DNA from: Eledone cirrhosa
Taxonomy: Eukaryota
Length of the DNA stretch: 64,000 nt
Reading direction: 5' to 3'
Assembly (NCBI GenBank): GCA_964016885.1
Contig: OZ024755.1
Span: forward strand, 1,922,001-1,986,000
Both the position numbers and the translations under genes were made by a program. This document shows positions 1-14,759 of the stretch, piece after piece; positions within the stretch are counted from its first letter, which is position 1, and each line of letters opens with the position of its first letter. A model generated the notes under the pieces. The model was not told the DNA's origin. It did not search any database and was given only the letters and a program-made list of their open reading frames with translations.

Positions 1-177
1 GGTCTCTCCTGACCTCACTTGGTCTCTCCTCTTCTTTCCTAGCCTCTTCAGTCTTCAATGGTCTCTCCTCTTCCTTCCAATCACTTCTCCTAATCTCTCT
101 TTATCTTTGATTAACCTAATCACATCTGCTCCACCATCTCCGTCTATCTGTCACTAAGTCCCCCCCTCTTACAAAAG

Positions 178-179
<2 letters not shown>

Positions 180-216
<37 letters not shown>

Positions 217-422
217 ATGTCTACACAAGTCCCTCTCTTCTTCTCTCTGTTTCACCCTCTTTCTCTGTCACCAAGTCCCACACTCTCTCTCCCTGTCTCC
301 CTGTCTACACAAGTCTCTCTTCCAGTGTCATTTGTCTCTCCTCTCAGTGGTGACTTCTTTCTTTGTTTATCCCAGTCAGTTGCTAGTGTGGTGACTCTGA
401 ACTGGACTGGACTGGACTGGAC

Positions 423-498
<76 letters not shown>

Positions 499-798
499 AG
501 GCACAGAGAGATGGAGAGAGAAATATTAAACTGGACTGGATGTAGGGGGGAGTAGAATGATGGCGAGAGGAGGCAGAGAGTAGAAGAGGTATGTAGGTAA
601 TCAAGAGAGTGATAGTAAGAGAGAGAGAGTAGAGGGAGTAGGAGTGTAATATTTGTCTGCTGTGATTTCTCTCCTTCCAACTCCGGATATGAAGGAAACC
701 TGGACATTGCAGCTTTGATGTGGGTTCCCTCCTGCTGCTGTGTGTATGTCATATACACATACATATATATACACACATATATATATATATACATATAC

Positions 799-831
<33 letters not shown>

Positions 832-903
832 CATATATACATACTCTTTTACCTGTTTCAGCCATCCGGCTGAGGCCATGCTGGGGCAGTCATACATACA
901 TAC

Positions 904-977
<74 letters not shown>

Positions 978-1092
978 TACATATATATCATACATACATA
1001 TATATATATCATACATACATATATATACACACATATATATACACATATATATATATATACACATATATATATACATATATATATATATACAC

Positions 1093-1124
<32 letters not shown>

Positions 1125-1150
1125 CATACATACATATATATATATCATAC

Positions 1151-1239
<89 letters not shown>

Positions 1240-1314
1240 CATACATACATATATATATACACACACACACACATATATATATATATATCATACACATAAA
1301 TATATATAATATAT

Positions 1315-1362
<48 letters not shown>

Positions 1363-1804
1363 TACACATAAATATATATAATATATATATATATAATACA
1401 TACACATATATACACACTTTGCCTTGAATTAGGAACATGTAGTCACATGTCTTGGGCTGCTGCTGTTGTTACTGTTGTTGTTGTTACTGTAGTTGTTGTT
1501 ACTTGGTAGGAGTGCTGAGACAAGTGGTATGCAGTGGACCATAGTAGTATAGCAACAACAATAATAATAGCAACAACAACAATAACATAGCAACCATATC
1601 AACATAATGGAAGAGATGTTGATATGAAACTGGTGAATCTCACAGAGAGAGGAGAAAGAAGTATTACGTGTAACACACACATACACTCACACACACAAAC
1701 TCACATATACACATATATATATACATATATACATACACACACACACATTATACATGACATATATAGAAAGAGACATACATATCCAACTGTCCCTCTCTCT
1801 CCAC

Positions 1805-1885
<81 letters not shown>

Positions 1886-1890
1886 GTGTC
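180..1890. repeat. Compound microsatellites (CT)n, (ACTGG)n, (GA)n, (TA/CA)n
   Basis: Directly visible simple repeats, e.g. (GA)n at about 425-495 and TA/CA mosaics at 750-1415. Confidence 0.9.
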
Positions 1891-2129
1891 GTGAATTTTG
1901 TAAAAGATTTGGCAGAGTACTCAATCCAATGGATGAGATGTAATACACAAAATTTGATTACATTCACTTTCATCTGTCGATTACGTGTATTTCACTGGGG
2001 AATTATTATTTCTGCAGCTTATCAGTCTGACATCTTTGAAATGAATGTTACTAGCTTTAAAGTTCTACCAGAGAGTTCTACCAGAGAGTTCTATTAGAGA
2101 GTTCTATTAGAGAGTTCTTATGGAAGGAT

Positions 2130-2380
2130 AGAGAACTTGGGAGGTGGGTGTTGTTCTGCTGATCCAGGGGGCACGATTCCAGCTTTCTAAGAGAGTATCC
2201 TGCTGCAGGAGTGTTCATATTTTTGGTGCAGGAGAAGCTGATTTTCCCTGTATGTTGGTTAAAGATTGGTCTATATTTATGGTCTATGGGGAAGTGTTTG
2301 TCAATAAGGGTTAAGAATGTTTTGCCTATGCTGGTTTGAACATTGAGCGAGAATGGACCGGAGAACCATATCATTTATTT
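2130..2380 (-). mobile_element. Penelope-like retroelement fragment (RT C-terminus/linker towards GIY-YIG)
   Basis: IWFSGPFSLNVQTSIGKTFLTLIDKHFPIDHKYRPIFNQHTGKISFSCTKNM...ESCPLD resembles the Penelope pattern IIWFNPPFS..V.TN.GK.FL.LIDKHFP..H....IFN..T.K.SYSC. Confidence 0.8.
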
Positions 2381-2574
2381 ATTTTTAATTTTCTTCCTAG
2401 CATCAGTTGAGTGTTGTGTGTGATCATGTTAGTTTAATTGATAAATTGTGTTGGATTAATTAATTAGAAGTGTTAGTTTTATTAATTAGTTGTGTTAGTA
2501 TCATTAATTGGTCATGTTAGTGTGGATGAGGGGTGGAAGTGGGTAAGAGCTGACTAGAGGAAAAGGAGAGGTGC

Positions 2575-2780
2575 ATTCAGGCCGCTGTTCCACACTTGCA
2601 TGGGTTGGACAGGTCTTTCTCAGTACAGCATCTCTCCACTTGTCGCATTCCTTTGTCATATCCTCCATGAGCTTCAGTGATTTGAGATCAGCTCCTCTCA
2701 CCACTTCTATCTAGGTCTTCCCTGGTCTTCCTTAACTGTGGCTTCCATCCTCTTGGATTTCCTGCTACTTCTTCATCCAG
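2575..2780 (-). mobile_element. RTE-clade LINE 3' end
   Basis: DLKSLKLMEDMTKECDKWRDAVLRKTCPTHASVE, followed by the acccatgcaag tail. Confidence 0.65.
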
Positions 2781-3322
2781 CGACATAAGTTTTGTTGATT
2801 ACTTATTCCGTTTATCTAAAGTATATACTAGATTCCAGGGAGAGCAGTCAGTCAAGTTTCAACAAGGGACATAACTACACATAATATAAAAACAAATTAG
2901 TGGGAGACAATTCTCCGTAATTCACATTGAAAATTAACTAAAAATTGCAAATTAAAGGTCAGTTTTTAAAGGGAATTCACAGTAGTATATATTTTTATAT
3001 AAACTATACAATGTAAGTGACGATAAGGAAATAGAAAAGACAGCGAAAGAACTAGAAAGGGAGAAGGGAACGTCACACTCTACACTTCAGCCTCAAACTG
3101 ATAAAGTGGTGGAGGAGGTATTGCTGTAGAGAATGGCCAGTGATACACGCTACATGGACCACCCTACCCCACGGCAATCTTTCTACTAAATATTCCATTT
3201 ATAATATATCAAATACAACAACAAAAATAATTGTTTTACTTACTTTTCTATAGTTTCTGGATTTGAGAAACTTTTCCGACGTAGTTTATCTCCAATATCA
3301 CAATTCTGAAATATATAGTGAG

Positions 3323-3382
<60 letters not shown>

Positions 3383-3457
3383 CAGTGTCCCCCCAAAATG
3401 TATACACACTTCAACAGCATTATAAAGTGTGTATACATTTTTGTGGGACACCTTGTG
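3383..3457. mobile_element. Tiny Tc1/mariner-type MITE (TIR-only hairpin)
   Basis: cagtgtccccccaaaatgtatacacactt ... aagtgtgtatacatttttgtgggacaccttg inverted ends in a TA context; related single ends near 13572 and 16050. Confidence 0.6.
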
Positions 3458-3518
3458 TACACATATATATACATACATATACAATTTCATTATCTATGTT
3501 TTTCAGAATTGTGATATT

Positions 3519-3597
<79 letters not shown>

Positions 3598-3699
3598 GTT
3601 TATTGGTGTGGCTCATTGCTATTCAGGTTTTATGGTTTTGCCTAAAATGGGACTTCAGTGAAGCTACTGATTTACACATTAAACTGTATTTAGTGCAGT

Positions 3700-5270
3700 C
3701 GACAGGATTTAGAGCAGGATGGAAGGTTTGATAAAATCTTGGTGTTAGATCTTATATAACAAAGATGGATCATATGAGATGTTTTCAAAGTTCTTTATAC
3801 CTTTATGATAGACAGTTCTGCACAGTCAGCGGCAGCTAGGACTTCAAGAGAAGGTTCACATATTTAAGATTGAACTTTAGTTTGTCTTTACATAGTTGTG
3901 GTGTGCCTACATTACATACATCATTATGGAATTGACTGAGTGTATGGTCCTCGGTCATCCATATAACATGACCAGTCCATCTAAGTTGGAATTGTATCAG
4001 AAATGTCTCAATACCACTAATGCCAGGAACAGTACTCAATACCACTAATGCCAGGAACAGTACTCAATACCACTAATGCCAGGAACAGTACTCAATACCA
4101 CTGATGCCAGGAACAGTACTCAATACCACTAATGCCAGGAACAGTACTCAATACCACTGATGCCAGGAACAGTACTCAATACCACTAATGCCAGGAACAG
4201 TACTCAATACCACTAATGCCAGGAACAGTACTCAATACCACTGATGCCAGGAACAATACTCAATACCACTAATGCCAGGAACAGTACTCAATACCACTGA
4301 TGCCAGGAACAGTACTCAATACCATTAATGCCAGGAACAGTACTCAATACCATTAATGCCAGGAACAGTACTCAATACCACTAATGTCAGGAACAGTACT
4401 CAATACCACTAATGCCAGGAACAGTACTCAATACCACTAATGCCAGGAACAGTACTCAATACCACTAATGCCAGGAACAGTACTCAATACCACTAATGCC
4501 AGGAACAGTACTCAATACCACTAATGCCAGGAACAGTACTCAATACCACTGATGCCAGGAACAGTACTCAATACCACTAATGCCAGGAACAGTACTCAAT
4601 ACCATTAATGCCAGGAACAGTACTCAATACCACTAATGCCAGGAACAGTACTCAATACCACTGATGCCAGGAACAGTACTCAATACCACTAATGCCAGGA
4701 ACAGTACTCAATACCATTAATGCCAGGAACAGTACTCAATACCACTAATGTCAGGAACAGTACTCAATACCACTAATGTCAGGAACAGTACTCAATACCA
4801 CTAATGTCAGGAACAGTACTCAATACCACTAATGCCAGGAACAGTACTCAATACCATTAATGCCAGGAACAGTACTCAATACCACTAATGCCAGGAACAG
4901 TACTCAATACCACTGATGCCAGGAACAGTACTCAATACCACTAATGCCAGGAACAGTACTCAATACCACTAATGTCAGGAACAGTACTCAATACCACTAA
5001 TGCCAGGAACAGTACTCAATACCACTAATGTCAGGAACAGTACTCAATACCACTAATGTCAGGAACAGTACTCAATACCACTAATGCCAGGAACAGTACT
5101 CAATACCACTAATGCCAGGAACAGTACTCAATACCACTAATGCCAGGATGTCAGACACTACAAAAACACAGAGTGAAGACATGGCACTTATCAATGTTGC
5201 AGTGATGCAGTGTCCATGTCTCTAAGACATATAAGAGTGTTGGCAACACCACATCAAGATAAACTGCAAC
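3700..5270 (-). mobile_element. Degenerate RTE LINE fragment interrupted by a minisatellite
   Basis: GISGIETFLIQFQLRWTGHVIWMTED...NVGTPQLCKDKLKFNL (RTE LRW.GHV.RM motif) to the left of the array; LETWTL-like remnant to the right. Confidence 0.65.
4007..5148 (+). repeat. 28-bp minisatellite, about 41 copies
   Basis: Unit ctcaataccactaatgccaggaacagta; highly homogeneous, with a few recurrent variants. Confidence 0.97.
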
Positions 5271-5452
5271 TTTTGTTTTCTGTTACCCATAAACGATGAA
5301 GTAAAAAAAGTACCAGTAATACACTGGAGTTGATTCAATCAACTTTGTCCCCCTCCCCCAAATTCCACCCTGATCCTAGCACATAACCAAAGGATTTTCG
5401 TAAAAGAAATAACACTGTATCCTTACACATGTATATATACACACACATGCAT

Positions 5453-5519
<67 letters not shown>

Positions 5520-5569
5520 CTCACACAAGAAGGAAAGAAAGAAAGAAAAAGGAAAGAAAGTATGTAAGG

Positions 5570-5690
5570 GAGAAAGGTAAGGTTGACCTCAATGGGATTT
5601 GAACTCAGAATACAAAGGACTGCAGCTAAATACTGTAAAGAAAGTAATTTATACGATGCTCTACCGATTCTGTGGCCTACCACCCTAAAT
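5570..5690 (-). mobile_element. tRNA-derived SINE fragment
   Basis: Reverse complement of ...tctgagttcaaatccc..gaggtcaac; same family as 37140. Confidence 0.65.
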
Positions 5691-5759
5691 ATTGATACAA
5701 AATGTTACCTCAACATTTAGAAATGTGTTTGAGTCTTTTGCCTTCCTCATCTTTACTTG

Positions 5760-6550
5760 TTGCTTTTGCTGCTGCTGCTGCTGCTGCTGCTGTTGTTGTT
5801 GTTGTTGTTTCTGTTGTTGTTGATGATGTTACTGTTGTTGATTTTGCTGCTGTTGATGTTGTTGTTGTTGCTACTGTTGTTGTTGTTGTTGTTGTTGTTA
5901 CTGTTGTTGTTTAACCCTAGGCCAAATCTTGACCATGTTTATGTCAGTGAAATACCTTCCTTAGAAGTGTAGCGTGGCAGTTGTTTCTCCTTACTAAAGG
6001 CTTTCTCACCATGACCATCACATCTCTTTAGCAATATCTCTAGGACTACATTATCCAATGTGTCCATTCCTGTCCACAACACAGTGAAGTGTGTAAAAGG
6101 AGGAGAAATTTGGTAGCTATATTTAGCAGGTGTTGACACACCTTGTTGGCTCCTGGTGGTGGTGTTGTTGGTGTTGGGTGGTAGTGTTGCTGCAGTTTTT
6201 GCTTGTCACTTTGGTTGCAAGCAACACAACCACTACTACTACTACCACTACCATAACTTCCATCACCACAACCACTACTACCACCACCACCACAACTTTC
6301 ATCACCACAACCACTACTACCACCACCACTACTACCATCACCACAACCACTACTACCACCACCACTACTACCACCACCACTACTACCATCACCACAACCA
6401 CTACTACCACCACCACTACTACCACCACCACTACTACCACCACAACTCCCATCACCACAACCACTACTACCACCACCACAACTTCCATCACCACTACCAC
6501 TACTACCACAACTTTCACCACCACTACTACCACCATCACTACCAACACCA
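5760..6550. repeat. Trinucleotide tracts (GCT/GTT)n at 5760-5910 and (ACC/ACT/ACA)n at 6225-6550
   Basis: Directly visible. Confidence 0.9.
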
Positions 6551-6729
6551 CACTCTCTCTGGTAAGGTATTGTTATTAAACAACCCCCACCCCCTGTCAC
6601 TTCATCAAGCTGTCCACCATTGTAACAGACCCCCCTCTCTCTCCCCCTCCACAATGGATTTGTCCAGTTAACTCATACAATGACTGGGTCTTTAATACTG
6701 TACTGACCAATGAGGAGAACAAAGCATAT

Positions 6730-8064
6730 ACTACACCACACCACACTATACTACACCACCACTACACCACACCACACTATACTACACCACCACTACACCA
6801 CACCACACTACACCACACTACACCACCACTACCCCACACCACACTATACCACACCACATCACACCACACCACACCATACTACACCACCACTACACCACAC
6901 CACACAACACCACACTATACCACACTACACCACACCACACTACACTACACCACACCACACCACACTACACCACACCACACTATACCACACCACATCACAT
7001 CACACCACACGACACCATACTACACCACCACTACACCACACAACACCACACTATACCACACTACACCACACCACACTACACCACACCACACTATACCACA
7101 CCACATCACATCACACTACACCACACCATACTACACCACCACTACACCACACCACACTACACCACACTACACCACACTACACCACACCACACCACACTAC
7201 ACCACACCACACTATACCACACGACATCACATCACACCACACCACACCATACTACACCACCACTACACCACACCACACTACACCACACTACACCACACTA
7301 CACCACACCACACCACACCACACCACACCACACTATACCACACCACATCACATCACACCACACCACACCATACTACACCACCACTACACCACACCACACT
7401 ACACCACACTACACCACACTACACCACACCACACCACACTACACCACACCACACTATACCACACCACACTATACCACACGACATCACATCACACCACACC
7501 ACACCATACTACACCACCACTACACCACACCACACCACACTACACCACACCACACTATACCACACGACATCACATCACACCACACCACACCATACTACAC
7601 CACCACTACACCACACCACACTACACCACACTACACCACCACTACAACACACCACACAACACCACACTATACCACACTACACCACACCACACTACACCAC
7701 ACCACACTATAACACACCACATCACATCACACCACACCACACCATACTACACCAACACTACACCACACCACACTACACCACACTACACCACACCACACCA
7801 CATCACACCACACTACACGACCACTACAACACACCACACAACACCACACTATACCACACTACACCACACCACACTACACCACACCACACTATACCACACC
7901 ACATCACATCACACCACACAACACCATACTACACCACCACTACACCACACCACACTACACCACACTACACCACCACTACACCACACCACACTATACCACA
8001 CCAAATCACACCACGCCACACCATACTACACCACCACTACACCACACCACACTACACCACACCA
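6730..8064 (+). repeat. Degenerate pentamer satellite (CACAC/CACTA/CACCA)
   Basis: Directly visible; source of the spurious His/Thr-rich ORF. Confidence 0.93.
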
Positions 8065-8085
8065 CATGTGTTTGAACGTTTTTGC

Positions 8086-11000
8086 ATCTATCTGTGTATG
8101 TATATATCTGTGTATGTATCTGTGTATGTATCTGTGTATGTATATATCTGTGTATGTATCTGTGTATGTATATATCTGTGTATGTATCTGTGTATGTATA
8201 TATCTGTGTATATATCTGTGTATGTATCTGTGTATGTATCTGTGTATATATATATCTGTGTATGTATCTGTGTATATATCTGTGTATGTATATATCTGTG
8301 TATGTATCTGTGTATGTATCTGTGTATGTATCTGTGTATGTATCTGTGTATGTATCTGTGTATATATCTGTGTATATATCTGTCTATATATCTGTGTATA
8401 TATCTGTGTATGTATCTGTGTATGTATCTGTGTATGTATCTGTGTATGTATCTGTGTATATATATGTGTATATATCTGTGTAAATATCTGTGTATGTATC
8501 TGTGTATGTATCTGTGTATGTATCTGTGTATATATCTGTGTATATATCTGTGTAAATATCTGTGTATATATCTGTGTATGTATCTGTGTATGTATCTGTG
8601 TATGTATCTGTGTATGTATCTGTGTATATATCTGTGTATATATCTGTGTATGTATCTGTGTATATATCTGTGTATATATCTGTGTAAATATCTGTGTATA
8701 TATCTGTGTATGTATCTGTGTATGTATCTGTGTATGTATCTGTGTATATATCTGTGTATATATCTGTGTATGTATCTGTGTATATATCTGTGTATATATC
8801 TGTGTATATATCTGTGTATATATCTGTGTATATATCTGTGTATATATATGTGTATATATCTGTGTATATATCTGTGTATATATCTGTGTATATATCTGTG
8901 TATGTATCTGTGTATATATCTGTGTATATATCTGTGTATGTATCTGTGTATGTATCTGTGTATGTATCTGTGTATGTATCTGTGTATGTATCTGTGTATA
9001 TATCTGTGTATATATCTGTGTATATATCTGTGTATATATCTGTGTATATATCTGTGTATGTATCTGTGTATATATCTGTGTATATATCTGTGTATGTATC
9101 TGTGTATGTATCTGTGTATGTATATATCTGTGTATGTATCTGTGTATGTATCTGTGTATATATCTGTGTATATATCTGTGTATATATCTGTGTATATATC
9201 TGTGTATATATCTGTGTATGTATCTGTGTATATATCTGTGTATATATCTGTGTATGTATCTGTGTATGTATCTGTGTATGTATATATCTGTGTATGTATC
9301 TGTGTATGTATCTGTGTATATATCTGTGTATATATCTGTGTATGTATCTGTGTATGTATCTGTGTATATATCTGTGTATATATCTGTGTATGTATCTGTG
9401 TATATATCTGTGTATATATCTGTGTATATATCTGTGTATATATCTGTGTATATATCTGTGTATATATCTGTGTATGTATCTGTGTATGTATCTGTGTATA
9501 TATCTGTGTATGTATCTGTGTATGTATCTGTGTATATATCTGTGTATGTATCTGTGTATATATCTGTGTATATATCTGTGTATATATCTGTGTATGTATC
9601 TGTGTATGTATCTGTGTATGTATCTGTGTAGGTATCTGTGTATATATCTGTGTATATATCTGTGTATGTATCTGTGTATGTATCTGTGTATGTATCTGTG
9701 TATATATCTGTGTATATATCTGTGTATATATCTGTGTATGTATCTGTGTATATATCTGTGTATGTATCTGTGTATATATCTGTGTATATATCTGTGTATA
9801 TATCTGTGTATATATCTGTGTATGTATCTGTGTATGTATCTGTGTATATATCTGTGTATATATCTGTGTATATATCTGTGAATGTATCTGTGTATATATC
9901 TGTGTATGTATCTGTGTATGTATCTGTGTATATATCTGTGTATATATCTGTGTATATATCTGTGTATATATCTGTGTATGTATCTGTGTATGTATCTGTG
10001 TATATATCTGTGTATGTATCTGTGTATGTATCTGTGTATGTATCTGTGTATATATCTGTGTATATATCTGTGTATATATCTGTGTATATATCTGTGTATA
10101 TATCTGTGTATGTATCTGTGTATATATCTGTGTATATATCTGTGTATGTATCTGTGTATATATCTGTGTATATATCTGTGTATATATCTGTGTATGTATC
10201 TGTGTATGTATCTGTGTATGTATCTGTGTATATATCTGTGTATGTATCTGTGTATATATCTGTGTATATATCTGTGTATATATCTGTGTATATATCTGTG
10301 TATGTATCTGTGTATGTATCTGTGTATATATCTGTGTATGTATCTGTGTATGTATCTGTGTATGTATCTGTGTATGTATATATCTGTGTATGTATCTGTG
10401 TATGTATCTGTGTATATATCTGTGTATATATCTGTGTATATATCTGTGTATATATCTGTGTATGTATCTGTGTATATATCTGTGTATATATCTGTGTATG
10501 TATCTGTGTATGTATCTGTGTATGTATATATCTGTGTATGTATCTGTGTATGTATCTGTGTATATATCTGTGTATATATCTGTGTATGTATCTGTGTATG
10601 TATCTGTGTATATATCTGTGTATATATCTGTGTATGTATCTGTGTATATATCTGTGTATATATCTGTGTATATATTTGTGTATATATCTGTGTATATATC
10701 TGTGTATATATCTGTGTATGTATCTGTGTATGTATCTGTGTATATATCTGTGTATGTATCTGTGTATGTATCTGTGTATATATCTGTGTATGTATCTGTG
10801 TATATATCTGTGTATATATCTGTGTATATATCTGTGTATGTATCTGTGTATGTATCTGTGTATGTATCTGTGTAGGTATCTGTGTATATATCTGTGTATA
10901 TATCTGTGTATGTATCTGTGTATGTATCTGTGTATGTATCTGTGTATATATCTGTGTATATATCTGTGTATATATCTGTGTATATATCTGTGTATATATC

Positions 11001-12425
11001 TGTGTATGTATCTGTGTATATATCTGTGTATGTATCTGTGTATATATCTGTGTATATATCTGTGTATATATCTGTGTATATATCTGTGTATGTATCTGTG
11101 TATGTAACTGTGTATATATCTGTGTATATATCTGTGTATATATCTGTGAATGTATCTGTGTATATATCTGTGTATGTATCTGTGTATGTATCTGTGTATA
11201 TATCTGTGTATATATCTGTGTATATATCTGTGTATATATCTGTGTATATATCTGTGTATGTATCTGTGTATATATCTGTGTATGTATCTGTGTATGTATC
11301 TGTGTATGTATCTGTGTATATATCTGTGTATATATCTGTGTATATATCTGTGTATATATCTGTGTATATATCTGTGTATGTATCTGTGTATATATCTGTG
11401 TATATATCTGTGTATGTATCTGTGTATATATCTGTGTATATATCTGTGTATATATCTGTGTATATATCTGTGTATATATCTGTGTATGTATCTGTGTATG
11501 TATCTGTGTATGTATCTGTGTATATATCTGTGTATGTATCTGTGTATATATCTGTGTATGTATCTGTGTATGTATCTGTGTATGTATCTGTGTATGTATC
11601 TGTGTATGTATCTGTGTATATATCTGTGTATATATCTGTGTATGTATCTGTGTATGTATCTGTGTATGTATCTGTGTATGTATCTGTGTATATATCTGTG
11701 TATATATCTGTGTATATATCTGTGTATATATCTGTGTATGTATCTGTGTATGTATCTGTGTATGTATCTGTGTATATATATGTGTATGTATCTGTGTATG
11801 TATCTGTGTATATATCTGTGTATGTATCTGTGTATGTATCTGTGTATGTATCTGTGTATATATCTGTGTATATATCTGTGTATATATCTGTATATGTATC
11901 TGTGTATATATCTGTGTATGTATCTGTGTATATATCTGTGTATGTATCTGTGTATGTATCTGTGTATATATCTGTGTATATATCTGTGTATATATCTGTG
12001 TATGTATCTGTGTATATATCTGTGTATGTATCTGTGTATGTATCTGTGTATGTATCTGTGTATATATCTGTGTATATATCTGTGTATATATCTGTGTATG
12101 TATCTGTGTATATATCTGTGTATATATCTGTGTATGTATCTGTGTATATATCTGTGTATATATCTGTGTATGTATCTGTGTATGTATCTGTGTATGTATC
12201 TGTGTATGTATCTGTGTATATATCTGTGTATGTATCTGTGTATGTATCTGTGTATGTATCTGTGTATATATCTGTGTATGTATCTGTGTATGTATCTGTG
12301 TATATATCTGTGTATGTATCTGTGTATGTATCTGTGTATGTATCTGTGTATGTATCTGTGTATATATCTGTGTATATATCTGTGTATGTATCTGTGTATG
12401 TATCTGTGTATGTATCTGTGTATGT
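8086..12425 (+). repeat. 12-bp satellite tatctgtgtat(g/a), about 360 copies
   Basis: Directly visible; two main unit variants differ at one base. Confidence 0.98.
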
Positions 12426-12489
12426 GTGTGTGTACGTGTGTGTATACATGGTAAGGATACAGTGTTATTTCTTTTATGAAAATCCAGTG

Positions 12490-12620
12490 GTTATGTGTTA
12501 GGGTCTGGGTGGCGGACAAAGTTGATTAAACCCCAGTGTATTACTGGTACTTTATTTTATCAACCACCGTAAGGATGAAAGGCAAAGTTAACCTCAGCAG
12601 GATTTGAACTCAGAATGTAG
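12490..12620 (-). mobile_element. tRNA-derived SINE fragment
   Basis: ccccagtgtattactggtacttt...aaggatgaaaggcaaagttaacct...gatttgaactcaga. Confidence 0.75.
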
Positions 12621-13670
12621 TGACAATGGTATTGGTGTTAGTAGTAGTAGTGGTTGTTTTAGTGTTAGTAGTAGTGGTGTGAATTGGTGTTAGTAGTAGT
12701 AGTGGTGTGTATTGGTGTTAGTAGTAGTAGTGGTGTGTATTGGTGTTAGTAGTAGTGGTATGTATTGGTGAGGTTTTAAGATGTTTATATCGTTGGTGAG
12801 ATATGTTTATTTGAGGTTAACAGGTATAAACGTGAGCAAACACCAGAGATTTGTTTGGAGAGAATATATAACATTTCCCCCCTCTCCACTTCCATTTGTC
12901 TTACACATTCACTCACACACTCACACACACACGCACACATATATACTACACAGTGGTCAGTCCATCAGCTTGTTACAACTTACCTTACGGTGTGTATATA
13001 TATGTACATGTGTGTGTTAATATACATACACACACATATATATATACACACTTGCACACACACACACATGTATATATAGACACGCACACACGCACGCACA
13101 CATGTATACACACACACTTGCACACACACATATATGTATATACACACACATGTATATGTTGTTTTACTGTTATCCCCATTAAAATCCCCCTCCAAGCCAT
13201 GTCTAAAATCTGTCATGTCAAATCAGTATGTTTTCCTAGCTTGGATTACAGCATTCAAAATAGAAAGATTATATGCATATATATGTGTATATACATACAC
13301 ATACACACATATATGTGTATATACATACACATACACACACACATATATATATCAGGATGGATTCAGTTTAAACTGGTTAGACCATTACTCAAAAGAATAT
13401 TCGATACTTGTGGTAGTAGAGTTTGGTAATATTATAAAGAGTCAGGACCCCATTGGTGACCTCTTGCTGTTACAACAGGTAGTTCCTGTCTGGACTAGCT
13501 GTTGAAATGGCAAGAGCTCAGCCGTTGGGTCCTGACTCTTTGTTATATATATATATAGGTATATATATATACAGGGTGTCTAAAAAAAATGTATATATAC
13601 TTTGATTACATGTACAGGCAATATTTATTAGAATGCACAGCCTTTCTGTGTGTGTGTATATGTGTGTGTG

Positions 13671-13794
<124 letters not shown>

Positions 13795-14110
13795 GTAATT
13801 CCAAAGGAAAAGCCAAGGAAAGAAAGTGTCTTTAATGTTCTGGAAAAGAAATTCGAACACAAGTCTTTCAGAAGGTTGCTACACATCACAACACCGAGCC
13901 CCTTCTAGACATGATGGAGAAATATAACCAGTGGTGACAACAGACATCCGGGGTGAATCGAACACACACACACACACATCTACTACCCAAAGTATTGAGT
14001 ACTCTGGTGCGTTATGGTCCACCTAGTTCCTTAACACACTTCATTCATTATATATATAAAAAAATATATATATATATGTAAATATATATATATGTAAATA
14101 TATATATATG

Positions 14111-14180
<70 letters not shown>

Positions 14181-14309
14181 CATATATATATTTATATAAA
14201 TAAATATATATATATAAATAAATAAATAAATATATAACTATGTATAACAAAATAAATATGGTTTTATAAATATAGTTTCCATTTGTTAATATATTGTATA
14301 TATATTTAT

Positions 14310-14344
<35 letters not shown>

Positions 14345-14393
14345 AAAATAAATATATATATATATATTTCGGCACAATTATTTCACCTCAATT

Positions 14394-14556
14394 GGCCCTG
14401 CAGTCTTTAACATTACACCAAAACACATCAAAGCAGAGACAGACCCCATCAAGTTCAAGAAGTCTTTGGATAAATTCCTTCAAGAAATCCCGGATATGCC
14501 TCCTACATCCAGATATGCCTCCGTAAACAATAACTCTCTGCTCGAGTGGGCCATGG
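14394..14556 (+). mobile_element. CR1/Jockey-group LINE 3' end
   Basis: GPAVFNITPKHIKAETDPIKFKKSLDKFLQEIPDMP...NNSLLEWA. Confidence 0.7.
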
Positions 14557-14759
14557 TGCCCAAACACTGATGCAAACAAGCCTCATTTTTAAAGCCATAT
14601 CAGTACAATGAACCCTTCATTCGTGCTCTTGTTTTGACATCTAAACAGAACTGCAGACACTAATGTTTCTGGGTATCACCCTTCATCAATATATATATAT
14701 ATATAAATAATTGATGCCCATCCAGCCCTCTTCCTGTTGAGGAACTGCTTCACCATGCT

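Noticed and set aside
6046-12519. Very long ORFs (up to 1497 aa; YIHR/YTDT/CVYI, His/Thr-rich, Gly/Ser-rich)
   Set aside because: They are translations of stop-free tri-, penta- and 12-mer satellites, open in several frames on both strands, with no domain or splice context
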